64,000 nt of DNA from the human T2T-CHM13v2.0 reference genome, Homo sapiens. Where the stretch lies: assembly GCF_009914755.1 (NCBI RefSeq), contig NC_060946.1; one strand, given 5' to 3'. Positions 12,636 to 29,495 of this stretch are shown piece after piece (position 1 is the first letter of the stretch; the number at the start of each line of letters is the position of its first letter). A program made the position numbers and the translations under genes. Under the pieces are notes generated by a model. That model worked only from the letters and a program-made list of their open reading frames with translations. It did no database searches and was not told the DNA's origin.

Positions 12636-13783
12636 AATCTTATTATTCTTTTTAAATAAACAAATTGGCTTCATTGATTTTATCTGTTTTTTGTGGTTTT
12701 AATTCTATCAATTTCTACTTATCTTCATTATTTCCTTTCTTCTACTCATTTTGAATCTATTCCTTATTTTTAGTTAATACTTTTTAATTTTAGTTTAAGT
12801 TTATTTTTTATTTTTAGTTATTATAGTTAGTTAATAAACCACAAAGATAATTTGTGGTTTCAAGTTGTTGAAAGTCACAAGACATACCTATATATTATTT
12901 TATCAATAAGTGACTCTAAAAATTGTTCAAAATCCTTTTTTGTAGTTGAGAAAACTGTTAACTGGTCTGTCCTATTTCTCAGAAGTTCATATGAATGCAG
13001 TGAAATCTGAGAAGCCAAACCGTAAAATCCAAGGAAGCATGTCTACACAGAGTTCATAGATATGTGTTTACAGGATGTTATATGAAAAAACAATTTTGAA
13101 CAAAAAATTAGTAGTAATAATTTAAAATTATGCTTGTGTGCTGATTTTAATGGTAATAACATTGCTAATTTTACTTTTCTAAAATGAGGTGAAAACTTAA
13201 ATTATTGATTTTTGCCCATTCTTATGTAATGTCAGCTTTCAGTGCTATACATTTTACTCTAAGCCACTGCTTTGGCTGCTTCCCACACAGTTTTATGTGT
13301 TGCATTTTAATTCATGTGTTGCATTTAATTTTTTTATGTGTTGCATTTTAATTTTCATTCAGTTCACAATTTTTTTAATTTCTCAAAAGTTTTCCTCTGT
13401 GACTCATGGTTTCTTTAATAATACGTGCTTTAATTTTTATGTGTTTGATGAGTTTCATATTACCTTACGTTATTCATTTCTAGCCTAATTCCATTATGGA
13501 TACAGAAGATGCTTTGTGATAAATAAAATCTATTTTGTGATAAATTAAAAATACATTTATTTTTTCTGATCCAGGATTTGGCTTATTTTGCACCTTGTGC
13601 CCTTTAAAGTATGTTTATTCTGCCACCAGTAGTGAAGTATTCTATACATAACAATTAGATTCAGTTGGTTGATGGAGTTTTTACATTCTTCTAGAGCTCA
13701 CTTAGCTTCTGTTTACTAGCACTATTTGCCACTGACAGAAGAGTATTGAAGTCTCCAACGGTGTGAATCAGTCTATTTCTTTC

Positions 13784-14085
<302 letters not shown>

Positions 14086-17000
14086 AAATCAGTATATTTC
14101 TTATTTCATTTCTGTCAGTTTTTGCTTTATGCATTTTTAAGACCTATTATTAGGTGCATTCAAGTTTATGATGTTATATATTCTTGGTGGGTTGATATTT
14201 TATTATGTTTTGTTCCTCTTTATCTCTGGGAGTTTTCTTTGTTGTGAAGTATAATTTATCTGATATTAAAATTGCCACTTAAAGTGGAAAGGGGAAATCT
14301 TGTTAATATACAGGTCTCTTTCCTCTCACCCCTTTATGTTGTAATCATCTTACTATTACATCTACATACATTGAAACCCTTATCAGAAAATGGTACCACT
14401 TTGCTTTTGATTGTCAAACCTAGTTTAAATAACTCAGTAGAAAAAATAGTCTATTGTATCTTGCCAGTTAGTTATCATTTTCATTGCCAATTTTTCATTC
14501 CTGAGTTTCCAAGTTTTCTTCTGGCATTATTTTTTTTTCTGAAGAACTTTCTTTATAAATTCTTTTAAAGTAAGTTTGCAAGAAATAAAGTCTCAGTTTT
14601 CCTTCACCTTAGGATAGCTTGATTTCACCTTATTCTTGAATGATATTTTCACTGTATTTACATTTTTCATAAATAGTTCTCTTCTTCAGCACTTTAAACA
14701 TGTTGTTTCACCTCCCTCTGCCTTTCATAATTTATGAATATAAATCCACAGTTAATAAAATTGTTGTTATTCCAAAAGAAATGCATGCATCTTCTCTGGA
14801 TGCTATCAATATTTTTCTATTATTCTTAAATGTTGGCATTTTTATCATCATGTTTTTGGTTGTAGATGTCTTTTCTTTTTAATCTTTTTTTCCTCTCTTT
14901 TTCACATTGGTTAATTTCTATTACTCTATTCTTGGTCATCTCCAGCCTCCTATTGATCCTACTTAGTGGATAACTTGGGTTATCATCGTTTTAAGTTATA
15001 AAATTGTTATCTGGTTCTTCTTTATATCTTCTGGTTCTTTGTTGTGGTTGCCTCTTTTCCATTTGTTTCAAGAATGTTTATGCTTACTTGTTGGGGCATA
15101 TTTATAATAGCTGTTTTACAGCTTTTGTTAGATATGTCCAACATCTGCTTCATGATAGTATTGCCATCTGTTGTTTATTTTCTTGTAAATTGTGATTTTC
15201 TTGGTTCTTTTTATACTGAGTAATTTTGGGCTATATCCTGGATGTTCTGCATATTTCATTATGATAAGCTGAGTTGTGTTTAAATCCTATTTAAACATCA
15301 AAAATGTTGATGTTTTTGTTTTCGTTAGCAATTGCCTCAGCTGAATTCAGGCCTGCAGTTCCAACAGGTTTTGGTTGGTTGTGGCTCAAGGATCAGTTTC
15401 ATTTTCAAAAATTTTGCAAAGCTATTTAATGTATTCCATGTGTTCAGCACCCAGTAGCAAGTCTGATATTTGAAGAATAGACTATTTTACAGCTCAGTTC
15501 TCAATATCTACATATACCATTTAAGATCAGATATACATAGGCACGTCTTGAGTAGGAGTCCAGGCATTGACAAACAGCCCTGAGGTCACTTTCCCAAGCT
15601 CCTGCCTCTCCACAAGCTTCTTGGTACATTTCAGCTTTCTCTTTATTCCTCAGCCAGTTATCCCACTCCACCACCCATTCCTGCAACTGCTCTCACAGAT
15701 TAAGCCAAGCAGGAGGAGCAGACAAAGAGAAGAAAAGCAAAGAGGGTTTTCCCCACCCTCCTGAGAGCACAGTTTCTTTCACAGGAGAGGAAGGCATCCC
15801 TCCTAGGTAGTTTTGGCTCCTAGGGACTCCTGTGGCAGCTGCTGTCTTGCCACCACTGTATTGCTTGGGAGCATGGGAGAACAGCGTAAAGAGAAAAGGG
15901 GAAGTGAACAATTTCATCACCCTTCTGAGTTTCCATAAGCACCTTGTCTAACTAGACGGTGCTCCTGGGGTTCTCTCTGTCTGTACTCAGGTGGACACTT
16001 TGGGGTTCCAGGATGTACTGAGTTCAGGGTGCAGGAGTCCAGAGTGGGGAACTCAATGCCTGCAGGTGATATTGAATTCGGTATTCAGTACTTTTAATAC
16101 TGACATTTATTTTCCAATCTGCCTGCTACTGTTTACTTTTCTGAATCATCAAATGGCTGTTCCATACATCCTGCCTGTGGTTTTTTTTTTTTCTTTCTTT
16201 CTTCAGTGGGAGAGACAGGGTGGAGTGTGCTTACTCCATTTTACCCACAACCAGAACTGCCACAATTTTTTGTTTTAAATTGCATTGTTGCTCCACAGTA
16301 ATGTGACACAGTCTGTACACAGAGACACACGTGTGTGTGCACAAACACACACTGACTTCAAAGTTTCAGGAAAGTCTGCTAAAGATGCTAACGACTAGTA
16401 GGAATGATGTTAAGGTGAATCCAGAAAGTTGTCTATTTCCCTTGGACAGCTCACATGAAAGGTCGAGACAGCCAAAACTCACCTTGAAGCTATTTTTATT
16501 TCCTAAAACCAAAAACTAAATAATTTTATGGCCATAATTAAAATATAACCCCCCAAATCCCTGATTGTAAAGTCTATGGCCAAATCCAGGCAGAGGCAAG
16601 CACACAAAATGGTAACGGATTAACTGGAAAGTTATTTTGCTGCAATACAGAGCTGATTGGATTCAAGTCCATGAGTATTATTTTCTTTCTTTACCAATTC
16701 AATTCACCAAAACGATATTGAATAAAAGAACAGTGTCAGACACTCCTTGAATTGGATGTTTTTGACCCGGTAACTTTGAAGAGCCACCTTCCCATGTGTC
16801 AAGGCATATCTGGGTCGAGAGGTGCCACCCAAGCATTCAGTGTTTAAATGTGAGGACAGAAAGCAGGGCAGAGAACAGGGCATCATTTGTGCAGAGCACT
16901 CTTTGAAGCCACCTCCAATCAAAGCCTCCTTTGCGTCCCAGGCACCTGCTTTTCATTTCCAGGACACTGCTTCTACCTTGGTCTCACGTAGCAAGTTAAA

Positions 17001-18276
17001 AGAGCCTGTCAAAAGAAATCTGGATTTGTTTCCAATCAGTTTACATCATGTTCAGTTGACATGACAAGTTTTATAATTAAATTTCCTTGACTCCTACCCC
17101 GTCAGGTGCACCGTAGACACTTCTCACAGATGTGTTTTCACACACACAGTAGCAATACGGTCGTAATGATAACACCTCTTTGGATGAGTGGGTGATGTTT
17201 ACAAAGGGAATAATCTGATGTTCTAATTTGTCAGGATAGGCTAAATGGGAGAAAAAATAAATAATGCATATTTGTTTCAACCATTTGTCTATCAAGTATC
17301 TGCTGAACATCTAAGCGGCCCAAGGCCTCTCCCAGCACTGGAGTCTGTGTGTTACAGAGTGATTTTTATCAGCTGAAACTTAGGTGGATCGAAACACAGC
17401 TTTTGTCATCCTCAAACTAGCCTAGTTTCTACGCGGAGTTCTCACTCCACCACACTGAAATAGAAACTTTAACCTTGCCGATTTAAGGTATACACAATCA
17501 AATTAGTATTTCTCATTAATTTCAACTGGGAACAAACCCTCTCGTGGATTGTGGCTCACTCTTCCTTCTCCTTGGTGATCCCCCATTAAGAATGGGAAGG
17601 GACTTAGTGATCCTGTAATTTGAGGGGTGGAGAGAGATATCAAATCTCCAGTTCCCTTCTTTTGCCTGCTGGCATCAGTGAATAGTAAGTCAAATCACTG
17701 GTGCTGGGTAAAAAGCTTCTCTTCCCTCTGCCTGGGCTGACGGTGGCAAATGTCCTCCATGGCCTGCAGCTTGCACGGTACCTGTTTATATCAATAGCAT
17801 CCTTCTCCATGACCAGAAGGGACCTTTCATTCTTCCCACATTTTCTCACAAGGAAAATACTTAAACACTGCTCTATTCCAGCCTGGATTTGCAGGAGTTG
17901 AGACCCTCTCTGCCTGAACATGTCTGGTGGTGAAGCACCCATGGCAGCTGCTCAGCCTCTTCCACAGGGCCTCTCCTTTGTAAGTCTTGGTTTCTGTGCA
18001 GGCTTCACCCGGAACACTAGGAAAAGTCCTTTCTGTCTCAGATTTCCCCAACATGATTTCTATCATTCTCTCTCAGAGGCCCACACCAGTGACTAACTCT
18101 GTTGCTTGGCAGCCCTACCTCCAGGGTTGCCTGCCTTCAAACACTCTTGCCAGTGACAGTTTATAACACACAATTGTGCTCAGATCTTTCCAGCTCTTAG
18201 GCTTTTGGGACCCCACTTGCCTTTTATTAATTTTAACACTTATCCATTTCTTATCTGTGGCACTGGCATTCAAAAC

Positions 18277-18965
<689 letters not shown>

Positions 18966-19289
18966 AAGACTTATATATATGTTGTGTATTTCAAGACCTT
19001 ACTATGGGGAGAAAAAAGTCAAATATCAGACTCTGTTTCTGCCTACAAGCAACCTCCGAAGCAATAGCTGTAGTTATGTAAGGGCCATTGGAATAAATCC
19101 ATTGTCAAGGAAAGTTCCCTTGACAAATATTTCCAGATAAGAAGGAGACAAATCCCTCAAGAATATCAGTCCACTGGGCAAGCACATTAATTACGGTAGG
19201 CTGAACCATAGTAACAATAGACCCGTCTGAATGCCAGTGGCTTAGAGATAAAGTGGGTTTTTGAAAATCACTGAAAGTCCTGGGTTTTG

Positions 19290-21563
19290 CATAATCCGGT
19301 GGGAACGATCTCCTCTGGGATCCTGGCTGACTGTTGTTCCATGTATTTTGCACAACACAACACCATTAGCCAGAGAGGGGAAAGGGATGGCGTGCACACA
19401 TGGGGTGTGTTCTGGGTCAGAACTATTCCATGAGCTATGACTCCGTCCTGCAGTCCCTCCTAACTGCAAAGGGATCTGGAAATGCAGGGCCACTGTGTGT
19501 CCGAGAAGAGGAGTAAATGGATTTTGGTGAATATTGCTGTCATGGTTTGACTTTCTGGTCACCAAATATCCATTTGTCAAGTTCATCACATACAGAACAC
19601 ACTCCTCCACTGATATGGTTTGGCTGTGTCCCCACCCAAATCTCATCTTGAATTGTAGCTCCCATGATCCCCATGTGTTTGGGAGGGACCCGGTGGGAGA
19701 TAATTGAATCATGGGGGTAGTTTCCCCCACACTGTTCTCACGGTAGTAAGTCTTACGAGATCTGATGGTTTGATAAGCAGTTTCCCCTTTCACTTGGCTC
19801 TCATTCTGTCTTGTCTGCCGCCATGTAAGATTTGCCTTTTACCTTCTGCCATGACTGTGAGGCCTCCCCAGCCATGTGGAACTGCAAGTCCATTAAACCT
19901 CTTTTTCTTTATAAATTACCTGGTCTCGGGTATGTCTTTATCAGCAGGGTGAAAACGATCTAAAATACCCACCTTACCAGGAGAGACAACCAAGGTCCCA
20001 TCCAGCTCAATGTTCAGGATTTCCAGAAGATGCTCAGTCCTCTTTCAGGTCCAAATATGGATCCCCTTGGTCCAGGGACCTAGGACATAAAAAGAGAAGC
20101 AATGTGTCTCCCCCTCACCCTGTCCCACATACACCCAACATGGAACACTAGAGCCAGGCAAGGATATCTGTGCACAGCAGGTCCTGGTCCATGCAATGAT
20201 AGATAAGCCTGGAAGGCTGGGCCTAGCTCCCCTGCCCAACGTGGGAAGCTGTTCCATTAGGAAGTCCTCTGCCTGTCATTCCTCATGCCCTGACCTTATC
20301 TTCTGGAAGGTGTTCCATTGTCCACCACCATCTACAGCCACATCTACCCTGGGCACAGTCAGTATGTCTCCCATGGGGACTGCACAGCTTGTCCAGCCCA
20401 CTTCCTACTGTGCAAGCTCAGGGAATCCAGAATCATTTTAATGCTCATACCGTAAAAGCCTTCTGTAATACAGGTGTATTGTTTCTTTAACTACAAAACT
20501 GAGGGGGCTTAGTGGAACTGGGGAAAATCATTTCCATGTGCCAATAATCATATCAAAAGATTTTTGCTTTTTTTCCCCCTAGACATAGTAAATATCCATT
20601 AGTTTTTAGTTTCTCTGTTCCCATACCCTTCTCTCTCTGTGTCAATTTAATGGCAACTTCCTTGAGGCTATCAGAGGAAGAAAAAGAGGATTTGGTAAAT
20701 AGACAGTATCCTTAATCTGTTCTTTGCTGCCTGGTTAACTTTTTTTTGTTTAATTGAGAAGTCTTAATGGGATTTTGAAGCTCAACGCCTTTTCCATCTT
20801 GTTTCCTGCTGTTTGGGATCCAGAAGCACTTTTCCAACCTAAATTTTTGGATGATCTGTATTCCCTTTAGTTTTGATTTGCAGACTATTTCATTCTTCCC
20901 CAAGCTTGCCTCTTTCTTGTAAATGTGGGCTGTGACAAGGAGCAAGCAGTTCACACATTCGTAGTTTGGCTCTTCCCTGCACAGCGCAAGCCTCCACTGT
21001 GGCTGCCTCCGCTGCTTCACCCAGATTCATCTTTCCCGAATGTGGCGTGTGGCATTGTCCCGTGCTTATCAGCGAACGCTAAGCCGATGCCGTCTACTTT
21101 AGATTTTTGATGCTGCAGATACTGCACTTCAGTATACCACGTTCTGTCATCGCTGTGGTACGCTAGGAAGAGATTACACACAGATCTTGAAATGTTAATG
21201 TCTTAAAAAATAAGAAAATGATTTCCTTTTCAATGAACACTTCTTGACTTGTGTCCAGGGTAGCAAGTCAACTCTCTTACACATGGTCCTCCAGGGATCC
21301 AGGCAGACAGCGGTTCTGCTTTCTCCTTGTGCGGCTTTCCAGGTGCCCTGCATTTGCTAGGGGAAGACAAGATCATGAAGAGGCATAGCGGCTGTGCCAT
21401 GGGTCAGGCAGAGCCGGGCGTGTGCCACTTCCACTAGTAATCCACTGCATGGGACTCAGTCACATGGCCACACCTGACCACAAGGGAACTGCAGAATGCA
21501 GTCAGGGGGAGTGGCCAGGAAAAAGCAGAAATGTTTTTTCCTGAACAGTTCAGTTTGTGCTAC
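19290..21563 (-). mobile_element. Old MLT1J/K-type MaLR element: LTR ~19290-19541, internal-like ~19542-20700, second LTR ~21250-21563
   Basis: Two same-orientation segments containing 'ctaactgcaaagggatctggaaatgcag' / 'gtcacatggccacacctgaccacaagggaactgcagaatgcagtc'; junction 'ctggtcaccaaatatcc' is typical of an MLT1-int end. Confidence 0.55.
19611..19967 (+). mobile_element. THE1C/D solo LTR
   Basis: 'tgatatggtttggctgtgtccccacccaaatctcatcttgaattgtagctccc...tatgtctttatcagcag'; flanks tccac/cccac. Confidence 0.95.
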
Positions 21564-21701
21564 AGAGAGGCTGCTAGGAAAAGATTTCTAAAGCGGCACT
21601 GTCCGAAGGCACCTGCACACTGTCATGGAAGCACACCGGCACCAGGGCCAGAGGCACTCGGCACTTCCTGGAAACTTTGGAAGGGAAGTGCATCTGTATT
21701 T

Positions 21702-21873
21702 CTGCAGGAGAGAGGAGTGTGAGGTTGTGTGGACAGGGAGTGAGGACAGGATTCTGGGCAGAGGGAGTGATGTAGGTAGAGGCTGAGCTGCATGAGAGGG
21801 GAGTGTGAGATCGTGTGGACAATAGGTGAGGACAGGATTCTGGGCACAGGGAGTGGTGTAGGTAGAGGCTGAG
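21702..21873 (+). repeat. Tandem duplication, 2 x 86 bp
   Basis: 'gtgaggacaggattctgggca(g/c)agggagtg(a/g)tgtaggtagaggctgag' occurs twice at an 86-bp period. Confidence 0.93.
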
Positions 21874-21953
21874 TTTGCAAAACCCTGACAGTTGACAAAG
21901 GTACAAATAAGTTGGGATGGCTGGGACACAGGTAGGTGGATAGAGGAGAATAA

Positions 21954-22115
21954 AGAGTGGGGGAGGGGCCTAGGGAAGAGAGTGGGGGAGGGGAGGGGCC
22001 TGGGGAAGACAGTGAGGGAGGGTCCTGGGGAAGGGGGTGGGGGAAGGGGAGGGGCCTGGGGAAGACAGTGGAAGAGGGGCCTGGGGGAAGAGAGCAGGGG
22101 AGGAGCCTGGGGGAG
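21954..22115 (+). repeat. G-rich degenerate minisatellite (~24-29 bp unit, 'gaggggcctggggaagacagtg')
   Basis: About six degenerate copies with many G-runs of 3 or more. Confidence 0.85.
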
Positions 22116-22518
22116 CAGCAGGTAATGTAAGTTTTCCAAGACCAGTGGCCAATCAGGCAAATTATGCTGAACCTAGAGAGAAACATGGATACAATTAAAC
22201 AACATTCCTCATTACCTCAGGCCCCAGTAACTGAAATTCAGATGACACAGGTGGGCTGGCATGGGAGGAAAATGGTCGGTACTATCTAGGTTGCGCCTCT
22301 CTGCTTTGATCTAATCCAGTTCCCTGAGGGACACCACCCTGCCCTGCTAACGGGGTTGTGTTTGCATGCAGATTTGTCCTTCTATGACCTCAGTTCCCTT
22401 AAAAAGGCCAGATGTTGTCAGTGAAGAGGGACTTCAGAGTGGAAACAGGACAAACAGTGGGCTTTTAAAAATATGATTTTGAAAAACAAAAATAGGATTT
22501 ACGAAACTGGCCCTCTAA

Positions 22519-23049
<531 letters not shown>

Positions 23050-24099
23050 TGAGTTCTGCGGCAGGGGTCACCATGAAACTAACACAAGCAAAAGACAGAT
23101 AAAAGGTGTGCCTTGCAAGGTAATTCACCCCTTGGGGAATGATGGTGATTCTATAATTCAATGAAAAGCTTTTCATGTCACAAAGACATCAAGAGTAACC
23201 TGATCTATCTTTAAAACAATTCAGAAAATAGAACAAAACTGTTTAAAGAGAGATTATGAGCCAACAAGAGAAAACAGTGGAAACAGATAAAAACCTTCCA
23301 GAACTAAAGGCTATGTTAGAGGTAGTACAATTTCGTGGATGGGATGGGGAACTGACTCCAGTCAGAAAGATGGTAGTTATGTCATCTGGACAAAGACAAA
23401 GGAAATACAAGATGTAATTGGTACTTTTGAAGAACTGAACAAAAAAAAAGTATGTAGACATATAACAAAAGAAAGCTTTCCTGAAGTAATAAAATACTTG
23501 AATCTGCAAATCAAAACAATATGTGATAGCCTAAGAGAGAAATAATAGAAAAGAATCAACACTGCACAGATTCAGAAGAAGACATGAATATCCAGGAAAA
23601 TCATATGAGGATCTTTAAGGGAGGTTGGGAGGTGGAACTGAGGTTGGCCTTAGATTTCCTGTCAGCAACTGTCAAGAAAAGACACCCCAAACACAGTAGG
23701 GCAATGTTTATACAAAGGAAAGAAGGCAAATTATCCTTTCACTATAAAGATAAGGGACGGACATTCCCATATGCAAAAATACAGAGATAATAATACCCAA
23801 AAGTCCTTCTTGGGAAGAAAAATCCATCTCACAAAGGGGTGAGCCTAAATGAACACAAATGGAGAAGCAGCATCCAATAACTAAGAATGAACACTGAAGC
23901 CATTAAATATTAAACTAAATTTAACAGTGAAAGCTGTGGGCTGGGTGGATTCCAAGCAGGAGGCATAGCTATTAATACAAACAAAATAAAAGTTATAGCA
24001 TAATAGAAATGGAGCAAAGTGTAATTGTGCTAATTATTCACTTTTGATGGGAGAAGGTCAATTACTACTATACAAATTTGAAACACATACATAAAAATA

Positions 24100-25680
<1,581 letters not shown>

Positions 25681-25884
25681 TACAATAATTCCAACATCTT
25701 AATGCATTTTACACTGTGCACACATTTTTGAAACTAGTAACTCTTATGAACAAATCTTTATTTGAAACTTCTTAATTTCATTAACTTCTCTTCATTTAAT
25801 TTGTATCTAATGTTTATATTCTTTACGCTTGAAACTATTTGAAGCATTCTATGTTTATTAATTCCTTTACTTCCCACAACTATG

Positions 25885-26030
25885 AAGAATCTACTATTAT
25901 TATTATCCCCATTTTACAGAGCAGGAAACTGAGACTCGCTTAGGTTAATTTGCTCATATAAGGCTACACAGCTAATCTGCGGTAGCATCAGGATCTGAGC
26001 GTGAACAGTCTTTTCTCCGAGTCTCTCAGC
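25885..26030 (-). mobile_element. MIR
   Basis: 'attattatccccattttacagagcaggaaactgagactc'. Confidence 0.8.
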
Positions 26031-26374
26031 CCATACTCTACGTTGCTTCTTCAAGTAAAATCACGTTGAGTTCTTTTATTAAAAACTAGATAAGTTGGAG
26101 CCCATTTTCATTTTACAAGCCCATTTTATCTGGCTTCCACATTTATCTGCCAGTCTGTCAAGGTATCCTTCAATCTTTATATATCCATAAAGGTAAGTCT
26201 GAAATAACCTTCTCTAAATATTAGCTATGGTTATTTCTGGGTTCTGAGAATTGCAAAATCTTTACTTTTTCTTTTGTCAGCTCTGAGTCACCTGGCTCTC
26301 TTATAATAAGCCTGTGCCCTTTTTATAAATAATAAAAATCATTGTTCTTTTACAATGGAGTTACCAATGGCAAG

Positions 26375-26938
26375 ATGGATAGACATATAAATAGACAAAT
26401 GGATGCATGAATATTTTAGATAGATAGATAATAGAGATAGGTAGATCTCTATCATTTAGATTTAGATAGATAGATAGGTAGATAGATACACAGATGGATG
26501 GATGGGTAGTTTGAGAGAGAGAGAGATACATGGATGGATAGACAGATAAATAGAGATAGATGAATATGGATGGATAGATAGACATGGAAGGATGAATAGA
26601 CAGATGATAGATGATAGATAGATGGATACATAGATAGATACATAGATAGATACATAGATAGACAGATACATAGATAGATAGATAGATACATAGATAGATA
26701 GATAGGTAGATAGCTAGATAGATGATAGATAGATAGATAGATAGATACATAGGTAGATAGATAGATAGATAGATGATAGATAGATACATAGATAGATAGA
26801 TAGATAGATACATAGATAGATAGATAGATACATAGATAGATACATAGATGATAGATAGATAGATAGATACATAGATAGATAGATACATAGATAGATAGAT
26901 ACATACATAGATAGATAGATAGATAGATACATAGATAC

Positions 26939-26973
<35 letters not shown>

Positions 26974-27064
26974 CATAGATAGATAGATACATAGATAGAT
27001 ACATAGATAGATAGATAGATGATAGATAGGTAGATAGCTAGATAGATGGTAGATAGATAGATAC

Positions 27065-27097
<33 letters not shown>

Positions 27098-27103
27098 AGA
27101 TAC

Positions 27104-27148
<45 letters not shown>

Positions 27149-27178
27149 GATAGGTAGATGGAGAGAGAGAGAGAGAGA
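26375..27178 (+). repeat. Complex (GATA/GATACATA)n microsatellite, ~800 bp
   Basis: Directly visible. Confidence 0.98.
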
Positions 27179-28494
27179 AAGGCAGGAGGGAAGCTACAGT
27201 TAGATGCAGATGATGGATTCTGGCTGAGTCACAGATCTGCTGACCAAGAATCTGGGCTGCGAGCTGGGTGTGTGCAGGCTCTCCTGAGTGATTCTAATGC
27301 AGTGAGTCTGCTGATTGCTATTTGGAAACCTCTGATGTGTGGGATCCTGCTGGAAACCAGGTGCCTGGAGACCTGGGTGTTAGTTTTCAATCTTCCACCT
27401 GGTCCTGTCTAAGAAAAGACACTTCGCCTCAGGGGGCTTCAGTTTCCCAACCATTATGTGTGCTAAGAATTAGGTCCCTTGTCAGTCTATAAGAGCCTTT
27501 CTTTCTTCAGGGACTGGTGTGACAATTGCAACAGTATGTGACAGCACGTTCTAGGTTGTTAATCTGTGTTCTTCTCTTGCGCATTGTTTTTAATGACTCC
27601 TTAATTAATACTTTATCTCCCAACTGCCTCAAGCCCTTCACCTACATTGCTTCAGCGATGAGTCCATGTTCTTCCATCCAGCCCCCCCATCATTTCTATA
27701 GCCATCGAATGAAGTATTACCTCTTGTAGTTGTGCAAATTCAGTTCTGTTTGCTTTACTTTATAAATCTACACCCCTTTCTCCAAGAACACCAGCCTTAC
27801 CATGAATTCTTTCATTTATTTACTCATCCATTCATTTATCCATTCACCACTAATTCCAGGTACATCATGGGCCAGTCATGATTTTAAAGGCTGGAGACAT
27901 GAAGTATCCGCCATAGTTCAGTTCTTGGTTGTCTGCAGGAGCACAAACTGCCTGAGAATTGGGAAGAGGGACTGAGCAGCAGCCACGTAAGCCGTGGGTC
28001 CATGGGTGACACTCTCATTAATTCAGTGAGTACAGCGTCCCACAGAACACACAAGGCTTTCCTAAGAATCTCACAGTGGAGATAAAATTAACAAACCATG
28101 GAAGGAAAACAAAACTCCCTGCATTCATTCACTCATCCACTGCTGCATAAGCTGGGCTAGGTGTCAGGTGAGCATGTTCACGGCTCTGCGGGAGCTCAGA
28201 GGCCACCTTGGGATTGACGTGAAGACAGTCATACATAAATAGAAGGGGAAGGAGGGAGACCTCCACCCAGCGGGGTCAGGAGGGTCTGAGTTAGGCTTGG
28301 ACAGATCATGGGGAGTTCAGTGAGTAATCAGGGGAAGGTATTTCATGGTGCAGAAATGGCACGGGTAATAGAGTGGAGGTCTGGAATTTTTGGGCAACCT
28401 GGGAATTAGAAATAGTTCAACGAAATGTGGGGTTGGCAGGCGAGGGGAGGGCGGGCCTGACGGCTGGGGAGGGCAACAGGGTCAAGCTCCAGGT

Positions 28495-28633
28495 CTGCGT
28501 TTCTGCACTGAGGAGCCAGGGGCAGGCAACAGGGCTGCGTTTTGCACTGAGGAACCAGGGGCAGGCAACAGGGCTGTGTTTCTGCACTGAGGAGCCAGAG
28601 GCAGGCAACAGGGCTGCACTTTGCACTGAGGAG
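28495..28633 (+). repeat. Minisatellite, ~3.5 x 39-40 bp
   Basis: Unit 'ctgcgtttctgcactgaggagccaggggcaggcaacaggg'. Confidence 0.95.
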
Positions 28634-28978
28634 CTGTAATGTGCCCAAGGCAATGGCTTCCTGGAGCGGCACCTTGCTCAGAGTACTCATGAGATCAGAC
28701 CTCCCTGGCCTTAGGAGGGGACACACTGGGGACAAGGAGAGCAGTGCAAATGGTGCCTCTGATGGCAAAGTGGGCGAGAACAGTTGTCTCTGGATTGGGA
28801 AGAGGGGTGGACACAGCCAAGAAAGTAGGAGGTGGACGCTGCAGGCTGCATCTCCTACTGACCTGTGTCAGTTTTCTCATTGGACACAGCAGCTCAGTGA
28901 GAAGCAAGTGTCCTGCAGAGCTTTCAGAGGGACCATTTGTGAGGTCAGATGCATGACAGGGATCTGACAGAGCTTTTA

Positions 28979-29495
<517 letters not shown>

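Noticed and set aside
26361-27105. 175-217-aa YLSI-repeat ORFs
   Set aside because: They are translations of the (TATC)n microsatellite.
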